Positions 39,970 through 51,281 of a stretch of DNA of 64,000 nucleotides are shown here, piece by piece. The stretch comes from Alphaproteobacteria bacterium (GTDB taxonomy: Bacteria; Pseudomonadota; Alphaproteobacteria; UBA828), in NCBI GenBank assembly GCA_963422645.2, contig CAXXVO010000004.1, positions 64,001 through 128,000 of the forward strand, written 5' to 3'. The notes under the pieces are model-generated. The model did not search any database. It was given only the letters and a program-made list of their open reading frames with translations, and had not been told where the DNA came from. How positions within the stretch are numbered: position 1 is the stretch's first letter; the number at the start of each line of letters is the position of its first letter. Made by a program: the position numbers and the translations under genes.

Positions 39970-42900
39970 GCCGGCCGATTCTGCCTCCGCGCGCGCAATG
40001 ATGAAGGCGGCTTGGCCGACTGCCGTAGCTGTCAGCCGGCACTCCGTGGCACCGCCTTGCGTGAGGGGCCACAGGCAGGGCTGCCCCCGCTCAGATGATC
40101 CACTTGTATCCCGTCGCGCGACACACTATAATTCTATGTGTGTGCAGGTGCATCAGGAGAGCAGGTCACCGTTTCAACCTGAGTGCCTGATTGCGTTGAA
40201 GACGGGATTGGATGCGCCATGACATCGCTACGGAGAAAGCCCCCGATCCATCCGGGAACCCACATCAAGCAATCGATTCTTCCCGCCGAACTCTCGGTGA
40301 CGAAGGCCGCCCGGATGCTTCAGGTTGGCAGACCTGCCTTATCCAATCTGCTGAACGGCAGAGCCGCGCTTTCCCCCGACATGGCCGTGCGGTTCGAGAA
40401 GGCGTTTCACGCCGACGCCTCAGTGCTTCTTGAAATGCAGGCGCGGTATGATGAATTCGAGGCGCGCGATCGCGAGGACGATATCGTCGTCCGCGCGTAC
40501 ACGCCTGCATTTCTCGGGATTACTGCCCGTCAAGTCGCCGCATGGGCGGATACCATAGATGCGCGTGCACAGCTTCCGGCGCTGCTGCGCACGCTGGTGC
40601 ACACGACTGGCAGCAATCTGACTGCGGTCGATTTTCCAGCCTTCGACAATTCCCAGCGGAAGGGCTGGGACGGTCAGGTCACATCCGGATCGGCGACACC
40701 GTGGATACCGCGTGGCCAATCCGGCTGGGAGTTCGGATGCGTCAAGACACCCAAATCCAAGGCGGAGAAGGACTATCGAGCCCGTACCGCCAATGTTCCC
40801 TCGACGGAACGGAAATCCACGACGTTCGTGTTCGTAACGCCGAGAAACTGGACCGGCAAAGACAAGTGGGCCAAGGACAAGAGAGCATTGGGAGAATGGA
40901 AGGATGTGCGCGCCTTCGACGCCAGCGACCTGGAACAATGGCTGGAACAGTCGATCCCGGCGCAGACCCGAATGCGCGAGTTCCTGGGAGGTGCAGGTCA
41001 GGAGGTCACAACGCTGAATCAGATATGGCTTGAGTGGGCGGCCGTCACCGAGCCCGATCTGCCGAAAGAGCTGTTCGCTCCTGCCGCCGAACGACATCGG
41101 GAACAGCTCGAGACATGGCTGAAAGCACCTCCAGCCAGTCCCTTCGTCGTCACCGCCGACTCGACCCTGGAGGCGCTGGCCTTCCTGAGCTGCGCGCTGG
41201 AACGGTTGGAAGAGACATGCCCCAGTGTCTATGAGCGGGCCGTCGCTATTCGCTCGCTTGAGTCCTTCAAGACCATCGCCAGGATATCATCGGACTTCAT
41301 TGCGATAGTGGCCTCCTCCGAGGTTGAGAAGGCTCTCGCAGGACTGCAGAGGAAAACTCACACCATCATCGTGCGCGGACGCAATACGGTGAGAAACGAC
41401 GCGAACATCGCGCTCGACCTGCTCGGCCATGAGCCGTTCCGCGAGGCCCTACGCGGTATCGGGCTCAAAGACCCCCGGATAGACCGGCTCGCACGGGAAT
41501 CTGCACGCTCGCCAACTATCCTCCGGCGTCGCCTCGCCCAGGTTGAGGCCGTCAAGATCCCGCCCTGGGCCAATGACAACAATGTCGCGCAGGCCCTGAT
41601 CCCGTTCATATTCGTTGGCGCGTGGGATTCCGGCGCCGATGCGGACAAGGAAATACTGCGCCGCCTGATCGACAACCCCTGCGAAAACGCGGAGAAAACG
41701 ATCGCTCAGCTCCAGACAACGGACGAACCGCCGATCTGGTCGATCGACAATTTCCGCGGGGTCGTCTCCAAGATTGATGCGCTTGATGCCACGCACCGAG
41801 CCCTCACCAAGAAGGACTTGGAGAACTTCCTGTTCGTCGCTGAAATCGTTCTGTCTGAACAAGACCCCGCGTTGGAGCTCCCGGAGGACCAGCGGTGGGC
41901 GGCGAACCTCTACGGAAAGAGCCGGGATCATTCGTCCGCCCTGCGTCAGGGCATCTGCGATACGCTCGTGCTTCTGGCCGTGCACGGTAATGTCCTTGTC
42001 GGTGAGCGCCTCGGGATCGACCTTGAGGCCGCTGTTGGTGGCGTCATCTGCCGCCTGCTGAGCCCTTCAGCCACGTCGACGTGGCTATCTCAGAAGAACG
42101 ATCTGCCACAATACGCCGAGGCCGCGCCGGATGCGTTTCTTGGCATCATCGAAGCAGACCTCGACAGCGAGGACCCGAAGATTGCCGCGTTGTTCGCGCC
42201 CGCGGATACCGGGATTTTCGGCGAATGTCCGCGCTCGGGCATGCTGCGGGCGCTCGAATTGCTGGCCTGGAAGCCGGAACGGCTGGTCCGCGTCACGTCT
42301 ATTCTCGCAAGACTGTGCGCGTGGCAGATCGATGACAACTGGGCCAACAAGCCCATGGACACGCTCAAATCGATCTTCCGGGTCTGGATGCCTCAGACGG
42401 CCGCTTTACTCGACCAGCGCAACCGGGCGCTCGAACGGCTCACCAACAAGTGCCCGAAGGTCGGCTGGCAGGTTTGTGTCGATCAATTCAATCCGGGTTC
42501 AACCATCGGGGATTACAGTACTAAGCCGCGCTGGCGCACCGACGCTAATGACACGGAAGAGGTCATTACACGCGGCATAGCGTGGGACGAAGCGTGGGCC
42601 GGTCGACGTAGGGCAATAGAACTTGCACTCGACTGGTCCGCGCACGACGAGCACTCGCTCGGCGATTTGGTCGGGCGCCTCAAGGCGCTAGGTCCTGACC
42701 ACCGCAAGCGAGTGTGGGAGCTTGTTGGCGCCTGGAATGACACTGGTCCTACCGACAGCCAAAAGACGGCGTTGCGTGAGCAGATACGGTGCAGCGCCCT
42801 AACCCGGCGCAGCCGGCGCCGCGGTATTGACGACGTCGAGAGGAAACGCGCCGGAAATGCCTATGCGCTGCTCGAATCCCGGGACGCCGTAACGCGTCAT

Positions 42901-43418
42901 CAGTGGCTTTTTCTCAGCGAGTGGGTGGATGAATCGGCCAACGAGCTTGAAGACGAAGAGTTCGATTACCGGAAGAGAGAGGAGCGCGTCGCTCGCCAGC
43001 GACGTGACGCCTTGCAGGAGGTGTGGGGGCAATCAGGGCTGGACGGAATCAAGGAGCTGTGCCGATCCGGCGACGCTTCTTGCGTGGTGGGGTGGCACAT
43101 GACCGAAATCTGCACCGGGGTTCGGCAGGCGTCGGATTTTCTCAAGGACATTGTGGCCGAGCAGTCAGACGAGCTACGGGACAAGTGCGAGCAGTGCATC
43201 ACCGGTTTTCTGGCCAGGCTCGATATGCCAGACCGCCACGCCACTCTCGTAGAACTGCTCGCGCGCCTGGGCTCCGATGAGAATGCGTGTATTCGCCTCC
43301 TGCGCTGCGCGCCTTTCGACAGCGGCACCTGGCAACACGTTGACCGGCTTCCCAATGGCCTGAAGCGGCGATATTGGGAGGAGGTGAATCCCCGCTGCGG
43401 GCTCCATGATGCTCCTGA

Positions 43419-45577
43419 CCCAGGTTGGCACTTTTTGTGTTCTGCTGTCGTTTATCGCTTTGATATGGCGCAATATTTTTCTCTGCCGATTCCAACATGG
43501 CACTACATTTTGTGAGATTCTGTCAGCTCGTCAGGCGGGTCCTCGTGCGGTGGATGGCGGGGTCAACACCCGCCGCCGAGGAGATTTGGGCGACCTCGGC
43601 GGCCGGGCGCGTGTCCTGGCGGTTGACGATCAAGGTGCCGTCGGTCTGGCGCAGTCGCGTGGTGATCCGCACCCAGGTCCGCATGCCCTCGCGGATCGAT
43701 GCCCAGCACTTGTGGATGCCCCGCGCGGCCAGTCGGGTACGGATCAGATGCACGGCGTGATAGGCCAGCACGGCGATCAGCAGGTGGGCCGCGATGCGAC
43801 GGTCGAGCTGGTGCCAGATCGGGCGAAGGCCGAGCTCGGATTTCAGGCTGCGGAAGGTGGCCTCGATGTCGGTGATGCGCCAGTAGGTCCGCAGGATCGT
43901 CTCGATATCCCAGTCGACGTGGCTGGTGCGCAGCACATAGGCGCCGGCGCCCTCGTCGGCCTCGTCGTATTGCGGCCTGCGCTTGAAGCGCACGGCGGCG
44001 GCGTTGGGGCCGGTTTTCGCCTTCTCGACCGTGACCTCGTAGTGTCTGGCGACGGTGGAGAAGCGCTGCTTGAGACGGCCAATGCTCTCCAGCACCCTGT
44101 CGTAGCGCTTGAGGCGGCCCTTGACCGGCAGGCCGCTATGGAGCCTTTCCAGCGCCGCCTCGAAGCGGTTCCGCCTGAGGCCGATGATCGCGTTCTCGGC
44201 CTTCTTCTTGCCCTCGCTGACGACGTAGAGCCGCGCCTCGCCGTCCTCGCTGGCAAGCCGCCAGGCGCGCACCTCGTGCCGCGCGCTGGTGATCAGCAGA
44301 GCCTCGGGCCCGCCCTCGGGCAGCGGCGGCCTGGCGCCGCGGCTGACCGCGATCCAGTCGTAGCCCTGCTCGCCCAGCCACGCGACGTTCTCCTCGGTGG
44401 CGATGCCCGCGTCCATGACCACCGTGGGCTTCGGCGCCGTGCCGCCGCACACCGCCTCGAGCCTGACCAGCGCGTCCTCCAGCGTGCCCGGCTCGCTCAC
44501 GTTGCCCGGCAGGATCTCGCAACTGCGCGGGAAGCCTGCGCCGTCGAGCGCCAGCGCCAGCGTGATCAGCGGACAGTCGTCGCGCTTCTGCTTGGAGCGC
44601 CCGAACCTGGGAAGCTGGCCGTGGGTGTGGCCGTGGTAGTGGACATTGGTGAGATCGTAAAAGGCGATCGTTTCGGGCAGGTCGAGCAGCGCGCGCTCGC
44701 GGTTGAACAGCTCCCGCTGAATGGCGGCCCGGTGGCGCCAGAGCAGGTCGCCGATGCGGTAGAGCGTCTTGCGCCGCAGCGCCTTGCGGTCGCCCTCCAG
44801 CCCCAGGAGCTCGGCGGTCGCGCTGTCGCGGCGCAGCCAGCGGCTGGTGTCACGCTCGCTGGCGGGATGGACCATCCTGGCGACGATCAGCGCGCTGGCG
44901 ATGCGCCCGTCGCGGCCCTTGATATCGAGGCCGTGGAGGATGTCGGCGAAGCCGAGGTCGTCGAGGGCCTTGAGGCACAGGCGCTCGCAGCCGACCGTGC
45001 GCGGGTTCTCGTGCTCCAGGGTATCGAGGTCGACGGTGGCGATGTCGGGCTTGCGCGCCTCTTCCTGTATCGCCTCGGGGCGGAACCCCCTGGCCCTGAG
45101 CTTGGCGACGATGTCCTCGGCTGCGGCCTGCACGTCCGGCGCGGCTTCGAGCAGCGGCGGGCGGCCGTTGAGCAGCGCCTCGGCGAGTCCGGCAACTTCG
45201 CGCCATTTCTCCTTCGGCACCGGATAGTCGGTGCCGAGGTTGAGAAGCGTGCGCTGCCTGACCTTGTCGCCGATGCGCTGCGAGAGCACGAGGCGATGGC
45301 TGCGGACCGGCTTGCCTTCGGTAGTGTGGGTCTTGGTTGCCCTGATGAACATGTCGCCCGGCACGTTTTGGTCGTGGCGGGTTCAGATATGTCGGCTTTG
45401 GTGGTGGGGTCAAGGGAAATCCTGCAAACCCACCATTCCCTGGCACTACAAAGGGAGTTCGAGACGGCAATCGCAAATGTAGGGGCGTGCCCTTCTCGTC
45501 AACGCTATATCTGGTGTGTCAGCCGGAAAAACCTGGCCAATTCGGCCCCGAACAAACGGAAAAAGTGCCAACTTGGG
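43419..45577 (-). mobile_element. IS1634-family element
   Basis: IRs CCCAGGTTGGCACTTTTT / AAAAAGTGCCAACTTGGG; TSD CTGA (43415-43418, 45578-45581). Confidence 0.9.
43523..45352 (-). CDS. IS1634 DDE transposase
   Basis: MFIR...VRQRTLLNLG, FYDLTN, GRSKQKRDD, VMDAGI, IEATFRSLKSELGLRPIWH. Confidence 0.9.
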   Translation of the reverse strand: MFIRATKTHTTEGKPVRSHRLVLSQRIGDKVRQRTLLNLGTDYPVPKEKWREVAGLAEALLNGRPPLLEAAPDVQAAAEDIVAKLRARGFRPEAIQEEARKPDIATVDLDTLEHENPRTVGCERLCLKALDDLGFADILHGLDIKGRDGRIASALIVARMVHPASERDTSRWLRRDSATAELLGLEGDRKALRRKTLYRIGDLLWRHRAAIQRELFNRERALLDLPETIAFYDLTNVHYHGHTHGQLPRFGRSKQKRDDCPLITLALALDGAGFPRSCEILPGNVSEPGTLEDALVRLEAVCGGTAPKPTVVMDAGIATEENVAWLGEQGYDWIAVSRGARPPLPEGGPEALLITSARHEVRAWRLASEDGEARLYVVSEGKKKAENAIIGLRRNRFEAALERLHSGLPVKGRLKRYDRVLESIGRLKQRFSTVARHYEVTVEKAKTGPNAAAVRFKRRPQYDEADEGAGAYVLRTSHVDWDIETILRTYWRITDIEATFRSLKSELGLRPIWHQLDRRIAAHLLIAVLAYHAVHLIRTRLAARGIHKCWASIREGMRTWVRITTRLRQTDGTLIVNRQDTRPAAEVAQISSAAGVDPAIHRTRTRLTS

Positions 45578-46517
45578 CTGAGATAGCCACGTTCATTGAC
45601 GAACTGCTCAAAGTAGATCGGCCGCGCGCCGCATTCCACGCCGCCCGCATGAATTGGCAAATCGTCGATTCTCCCCGGCTGATACGTCTGTTGACGGAAG
45701 TTGCGACCAATGGCGCGGAACCTTCGAGCGACTACAGACTTGATGGCCGCTCTGTTTCGGAAGCACTCGATACGCTCGAACAACGGGGCGATACGTCTCC
45801 TGACGACCTTGCCCGGCTCGAGTATATGTTTATCGGGGCGCTTGACCGTACCGAGCACGGAATTCGAAATCTGGAGGCGCAACTCTCGGAGACGCCGGCA
45901 CTGTTCATACATGCGCTCGCACATGCCTTTAGGCGCGACGATGGCGGAGAAGACCCTGCAGAATGGCGGCTATCGAATTCTGAAAACCGCTCCGCTATCG
46001 CGCACGCCTGCTACGTGCTCCTCACCACTGCCAGCCGAATTCCCGGAACCCAGGCCGATGGCAGCATTGATCTCAAGAGGCTAAGGGATTGGCTGAAGCA
46101 ATTGCGCGCACTCACCCGCGAACATGGCCGCGCAGAAATCGGCGATGAAATGATTGGTCGACTGCTTTCCCATTGCCCGCCCGGCGATGACGGCATTTGG
46201 CCGTGCGAGCCCGTGCGCGAGGCCATAGACGATATCGGATCTCAGAAAATCGCGATCGGCATGATCTTCGGTATCCACAGCGCTCACGGGGCGACTTGGC
46301 GAGGCGAGGGCGGAGCCCAGGAACGCAAGCTCTCAGAACAGTATCGAAACTGGTCCGGAGAGGTGGCTTTTGAACACCCTTTCACCGCGAACATGCTTGA
46401 GCAAATCGCAGTCAGCTACGACCGGGATGCGAAATGGTGGGACAATCAGGATGGTGTTCGCGAGCGTTTGGGACACTGACGGCAATGAGGCAGAGAGTGC
46501 TCCTCTGAGCAGACTTT

Positions 46518-47244
46518 ATAACTGTCCAGGTTGTCTGATTTGTCATTTTGGGCCAGTGAGTTGAGGCGCGATTCGCACGAAACTGACGGGAGGGCTTGAC
46601 GGGAATGTCGGGAAATGACTCAACAATGACATGAGCAATCCCGAGTCGCCACACGGCCCTTCGTCGGGGGCATCGCCCGAAACGCCCGCGCAGAAAAACG
46701 CCCATCCGGAGGAGGAGAACGCCTGGCTTCGGCAGCAGAACACGCGCCTGGAAGAGCAGGTCGCGCGTCTTGTCGAGCGCATCGAGGAGTTGGAGCGCCG
46801 CCTCGGCCTGAACAGCGGCAAGCCGCCTTCGAGCGATGGGCTGAAGAAGCCGAATTCGAAGCGGCGAACCCGAAGCCTGCGCGGCAAATCGGGCCGCAAT
46901 CCCGGTTGGCAGCCCGGCCACAAGGGCAAGACGCTGCGCCGCGCCGATCACCCGGACCGGGTGAAGGACCATGTGCCTTCTTCCTGCAAGGGATGCGGTT
47001 CACCCCTGTTGGATGCGGCCAGGGCGGAAACGCCGGTCGCCCGCCAGCCAGGTGGTCGATCTGCCCGAGCCGCGTCCGCTGGAGGTGACCGGGCACCGGG
47101 CGCATGCCAGGTGCTGTGGGCATTGCGGGACGGTGACCCGGGCGGCGTTCCCCGACGGGGTGTCGGCGCCGGTGCGGTACGGCCTGCGCATTGCCGGGGT
47201 GGCGGTCTGTCTTCAACACGCCCACTTCCTGCCGGGGGATCGGC
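46518..47244 (+). pseudogene. Degenerate 5' fragment of the IS66 seen intact at 60648-62526
   Basis: Mutated IR ATAACTGTCCAGG, near-identical N-terminus, frameshift near 47048, homology stops at 47244. Confidence 0.88.
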
Positions 47245-47339
47245 AGTTCCCTCGTGAAAACTCACCCAACAGGTGGTATTGGCGTCGAGCGTTGTGCAGT
47301 CGCCGGGGGCGTGCAGGGTGCACGTCGCATTTATGAGAT

Positions 47340-48683
47340 TCACGGTATTGCGCCGGCGCGGCGCTCCCAGAAGTCGTCGAAGCGGTTGCTCTCGACGGCG
47401 CATCGCAGTGCGATGATGGCGTTGGCGCCGTCGACGGTCCAGCGCATGCCGCCCTGCTTCAGGCGGGCGCCGACGATGTTCTTGCAGCCCCCCTCGACCA
47501 CGCCGCTGGCGACACACAGGCCCATTGCCCTGAACTTCGGGTAGTTCATGCGGGCGCGGTTGGTAGAGAAGTACTCGGCGTTCTTTCGGGCCTCCTCGCA
47601 GGTCTCGGCATGACTGCGCAGGGTGGCGATCACTTCGCCAACGCGGCCCTCATCGAGCTCCTCGCGCCGCTTCCTGGCCCATCGCTGGCCGATCTCGCTC
47701 CCGATCCCGTAGATGCCTTTGGCGACCTCGAACAGATGGCCCTTGGCGTGGAAGATGTCGACGATCCGGATGGCGTCGGGGAAGTGCTCGTCGGCGAAGT
47801 TCCAGATCCACGGCGCGCCGTCGCCGAGGATGACCCGGCGCTCAGCGGTGTCGAAGCCGCGGCGTTCGGCCTCGCGCAGGATGCGCTTGGCGAAGGGTGC
47901 GGGCTCGGTGTCGGTATCACGGGTGGCGATGGTCTCGATGGCGGCGTTGTAGGTGGCGGAGCCGGGATCGCGCACGGGATGCCCCTCGTTGTCGGTGGTT
48001 TCCGCCGACCACACGACGGCGAGCTTGGCCTCGCGGGTCTTGGCGCTGCCGTCGGGCTGCTTGCCCTGGCTGCCCTCGACCTCGGCCTTGCGCGCCGGCA
48101 CGCCGGTACCGTCGAGACCAAGATACAGGGTGGCGGCATCGCAGGGCTCGGGTTCGATGACGCGGCATTCGTCCCCGGCGATCTCACGCCCGAGCGCCTC
48201 GGCGTGGCGTTCCACCGTCTTGGGGGCAACAGCGAGGCCGGCCAGTTCGTGCAACAGGGCGCTGGAGCCCTCGAAGCTGGTCCTGGCCGCGGCGATGCCG
48301 ATCATGCGCAGCGCCGCCGGCGACAGGAAGGTGTCTTCCATGCCGAGCGTGCGGTCGCGCGGGCTGAAGCCATTGTGACAACGCTCGCAGTGATACCAGG
48401 CGCGTTCCAGCGTCAGAGGGCCGAGAGCGGTGGTGAAGACCTTGGGCCTGCGCCCGGCGAAGCGTGCCTCGCCGCCGCACCCGCACGACAGGCGCGGTCC
48501 CCGGTCGTCGGAATGGTCGGCATTGAGCCTGTGGGCGACGGCCTGCCCCATGATCTGCAATGCCACCCGCCGGGCTTCGGTCTCGATCGCCTGGAAGTCA
48601 TCGACGACACCCTCGCCGATCAGCCGCTCGACCTCGGCCTCGACCTCCTCCGCGATCGCTGAGTGGAGACCCCCCTTTTTCCC
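47340..48683 (-). CDS. ISKra4-family transposase (probably reached by -1 frameshift)
   Basis: CxC...YHCERC, LDGTGVP, GDGAPWIW, DIFHA, SGVVEGGCK, RLKQGGMRW. Confidence 0.85.
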   Translation of the reverse strand, partial: GKKGGLHSAIAEEVEAEVERLIGEGVVDDFQAIETEARRVALQIMGQAVAHRLNADHSDDRGPRLSCGCGGEARFAGRRPKVFTTALGPLTLERAWYHCERCHNGFSPRDRTLGMEDTFLSPAALRMIGIAAARTSFEGSSALLHELAGLAVAPKTVERHAEALGREIAGDECRVIEPEPCDAATLYLGLDGTGVPARKAEVEGSQGKQPDGSAKTREAKLAVVWSAETTDNEGHPVRDPGSATYNAAIETIATRDTDTEPAPFAKRILREAERRGFDTAERRVILGDGAPWIWNFADEHFPDAIRIVDIFHAKGHLFEVAKGIYGIGSEIGQRWARKRREELDEGRVGEVIATLRSHAETCEEARKNAEYFSTNRARMNYPKFRAMGLCVASGVVEGGCKNIVGARLKQGGMRWTVDGANAIIALRCAVESNRFDDFWERRAGAIP

Positions 48684-49039
48684 GGCGTGGCCGGCTTGTC
48701 CGCATCCAGCCGTGCATCGCATATCCGGCCGCTGACCTCGACCAGCTCGCGCACCAGTCCGCGAAGCCGCTGGTATTCTCCGATCTGAGCCCGCGTTCGT
48801 TCGACGGCATCGGAGGGAATGGTGCGGCCTCGGGACTTGCCTGTATTCCTGTCCAACCAGGTCAGCAGCCAATAGGGGCCATGACCCTGCGCGCCCTCAA
48901 CCGCACAATGACAGTTGGGTTTGCCGCATTTCCGGTACTGTGATCTGAGCGATCCTTGGCGGAGATCACCGATGTCTACAAGCTCTCGCAGCAGCTGGCC
49001 GCGCTGCTCGACGAGGTGGTCGTGATCGCCGGTCGCCAT
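48620..49039 (-). CDS. DUF6788-like zinc-binding ORF of the ISKra4-like element
   Basis: GSL...YRKCGKPNCHC...GHGPYW; GGAGG RBS. Confidence 0.75.
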   Translation of the reverse strand: MATGDHDHLVEQRGQLLRELVDIGDLRQGSLRSQYRKCGKPNCHCAVEGAQGHGPYWLLTWLDRNTGKSRGRTIPSDAVERTRAQIGEYQRLRGLVRELVEVSGRICDARLDADKPATPGKRGVSTQRSRRRSRPRSSG

Positions 49040-49398
49040 GCCCGCCTCCATCTGTCTCCCGATACAAGAAACAGAAATCGTAGCGAAAACATGGCGTGTA
49101 CGAAGTCCGGGACGAGGAGCTTGTCGTGCTGGTGGTTCGTGTCGCGCACCGGCGAGACGCCTATCGGCGGACACCACGATGATTGTCCCCGGAGAAGCGC
49201 CCCTCGGCATGGTTTGCGGCAATCCGGCATCAACATTCTTGATCGTCGGCACCTGCGGCCATGCGCTGCACTGCGATGCAGGGATGCCCATATGTCCCTC
49301 TAACTCGTTGATACTAAGGATTAAAACCCTTGACATTGCCCTAATCGTCCCAAAGATCGTCTCCCATGCGGGTCGGTGTTGCGGGGAGGCGGGGCGTT

Positions 49399-49599
49399 AT
49401 GGGAAGAAACGGAAGCGGACGGTCCAGGGACCGCGGTGCCGCCAACGACAACGGCGCGGCGGAGGCCCGGGTCCGGTCCGCCGTGCTGACCATCGCGCGC
49501 CTGCTCGGGCGCCAGATCGCCCGCGAGCAGTTCGAGCGACAGGCTTCGGCCAACGACAATACGCCGGTCAAGGAGACCGGAGACCGACAGGAGCGATGA
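49399..49599 (+). CDS. Small hypothetical protein upstream of the serine recombinase
   Basis: GGAGG RBS; IARLLGRQIAREQF...ANDN; ends 1 bp before the recombinase ATG. Confidence 0.55.
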   Translation: MGRNGSGRSRDRGAANDNGAAEARVRSAVLTIARLLGRQIAREQFERQASANDNTPVKETGDRQER

Positions 49600-49600
49600 C

Positions 49601-51280
49601 ATGATCCGCGCCGCCCTCTACGCGCGCTACTCCTCGGACCTTCAGAGCGCGGCCTCGATCGAGGACCAGTTCCGGATCTGCCGGGAGCACGCGGAGCGGG
49701 CGGGCTGGACGGTCGTGGACACCTACCGCGATGCGGCCATCTCCGGCGACAGCATGATCCTGCGCCCCGGTATCCAGGCGCTGCTGGCGGATGCCCGCTC
49801 GGGCGCGTTCGACGTCGTCGTGGCGGAAGCCCTGGACCGGATGAGCAGGGACCAAGCCGACGTCTCGGCGTTGTTCAAGCACCTTCAGTTCGCCCGCGTA
49901 ATGATCGTCACCTTGTCCGAAGGCGAGGTCAACGAACTCCACGTCGGCCTGAAGGGCACGATGAACGCCTTGTTCCTGAAGGACCTCGCGGCCAAGACCC
50001 ACCGCGGGTTGCGCGGCCGGGTCGAGAAGGGCCGCTCCGGCGGCGGGCTGTGCTACGGCTACGATGTCGTCACGACCTTCGATGCCGCCGGCGAGCCGGT
50101 GCGGGGTGAGCGCACGATCAACGATGCCGAAGCCAACGTCGTGCGGCGCGTATTCCGGGACTTCGCCTCGGGCGTCAGCCCACGGACGATCGCCAGGCGC
50201 CTCAACGCCGAGAAATTCTCCTGCCCCTCGGGCAAGCTCTGGACGGACTCCACCATCCGCGGCCAAGTCAAGCGCGGCACCGGGCTGATCAACAATGAGC
50301 TCTACATCGGGCGCCTGGTCTGGAACCGGCTGCGCTACGTCAAGAACCCGGAGACCGGCAAGCGGGTTTCGCGGATCAATCCGCGCGAGGAGTGGATAAT
50401 CACCGAGGTTCCCGAGCTCCGCATCATCGACGATGAGCTCTGGCAGGCGGTGAAGGACCGGCAGGAAGAACTGACCGCAAAATACGCGACCGTCATCGAG
50501 GCCACGCGCAGTGCGCGCGCCAATCGCCTGAACGGCACCCACCGGCCCCGCCACTTGCTCTCGGGCCTCCTGGAATGCGGCGTCTGCGGCGGTCCCTATT
50601 CCATGCGCGGGCAGGACCGCTACGGCTGCTCCAACCACGTCATGAACGACAGTTGCTCGAACAGCCGGGGTATTCGCCGCACCGAACTCGAGGAGCGCGT
50701 CCTGGTCGGTCTCAAGGACCACCTGATGGCGCCCGAGGCTGCCGACGCGGCGGTGCGCGCGTGGGCGGAGGAGACCAACCGGCTCAACCGCGAGCGCAGT
50801 GCCTCAAGCGAGGCGGAACGCAAGGAGCTCGCAGACATCGAGAAGAAAATCGACGGCGTCGTCGACGCCATCCAGGATGGCGCCTACAGTGCCGTGCTCA
50901 AGGAACGGCTGCACAAGCTCGAAGTTCGAAAGGCGGAGCTGAATGATCGCCTTGCAACCGCGCCTCTCGAACTCCCGGACATCCACCCGAACGTCTCCGG
51001 CGTCTATCGCCGCAAGGTGGGGCGTCTCGCCAAAGCCCTTGGCAAGCCGGAAGAGCGCGATGCAGCCGCGGCTGCGATCCGGGGATTGATCGACGGGATC
51101 GTTCTGACGCCCGGCGGAAAGCGCGGCGAACTCCAAGTCACGCTACGTGGTGAGCTCGGCAGGATTCTGGAGTGGACGGAAACCGGAACCGAAAAGGAAA
51201 AGACCGACATGCCCATCTCGGGAATGTCGGTCTCGGTGGTTGCGGGGGTAGGATTTGAACCTACGACCTTCAGGTTATGA
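49601..51280 (+). CDS. Large serine recombinase
   Basis: YARYSS (catalytic Ser), LDRMSR, recombinase domain, LLSGLLECGVCG zinc ribbon, coiled coil; last residues VAGVGFEPTTFRL are antisense tRNA. Confidence 0.95.
   Translation: MIRAALYARYSSDLQSAASIEDQFRICREHAERAGWTVVDTYRDAAISGDSMILRPGIQALLADARSGAFDVVVAEALDRMSRDQADVSALFKHLQFARVMIVTLSEGEVNELHVGLKGTMNALFLKDLAAKTHRGLRGRVEKGRSGGGLCYGYDVVTTFDAAGEPVRGERTINDAEANVVRRVFRDFASGVSPRTIARRLNAEKFSCPSGKLWTDSTIRGQVKRGTGLINNELYIGRLVWNRLRYVKNPETGKRVSRINPREEWIITEVPELRIIDDELWQAVKDRQEELTAKYATVIEATRSARANRLNGTHRPRHLLSGLLECGVCGGPYSMRGQDRYGCSNHVMNDSCSNSRGIRRTELEERVLVGLKDHLMAPEAADAAVRAWAEETNRLNRERSASSEAERKELADIEKKIDGVVDAIQDGAYSAVLKERLHKLEVRKAELNDRLATAPLELPDIHPNVSGVYRRKVGRLAKALGKPEERDAAAAAIRGLIDGIVLTPGGKRGELQVTLRGELGRILEWTETGTEKEKTDMPISGMSVSVVAGVGFEPTTFRL
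51201..51233 (-). terminator. Rho-independent terminator-like hairpin downstream of the tRNA fragment
   Basis: AGACCGACAT...ATGTCGGTCT stem followed on the minus strand by TTTCCTTTT. Confidence 0.6.
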
Positions 51281-51281
51281 G
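51237..51281 (-). other. 3' half of tRNA-Met(CAT) (att-site remnant), not a full tRNA
   Basis: Minus strand CTCATAACCTGAAGGTCGTAGGTTCAAATCCTACCCCCGCAACCA; no D-arm or 5' acceptor strand upstream. Confidence 0.9.

Larger units (their letters stand above)
40219..46479 (+). pseudogene. HigA-like XRE HTH fused to a nuclease-like domain and long helical region (1365 aa reconstructed), interrupted by IS1634
   Basis: PIHPG..LSVTKAARMLQVGRPALSNLLNGRAALSPDMAVRFEKAF; GWDG...GWEFG. Removing the IS plus one TSD rejoins in frame: HDAP-EIATF. Confidence 0.85.
47316..49151 (-). mobile_element. ISKra4-like element
   Basis: Imperfect ends GGGTGCACGTCGCA (47316) and TGTCGCGCACCG (to 49151); no TSD seen. Confidence 0.65.

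Noticed and set aside
40219-40500. HigBA toxin-antitoxin pair
   Set aside because: No HigB ORF upstream; the HTH is part of a long fusion.
49330-49357. Sigma-70 promoter for the recombinase operon
   Set aside because: Perfect TTGACA, but no convincing -10 at the correct spacing.
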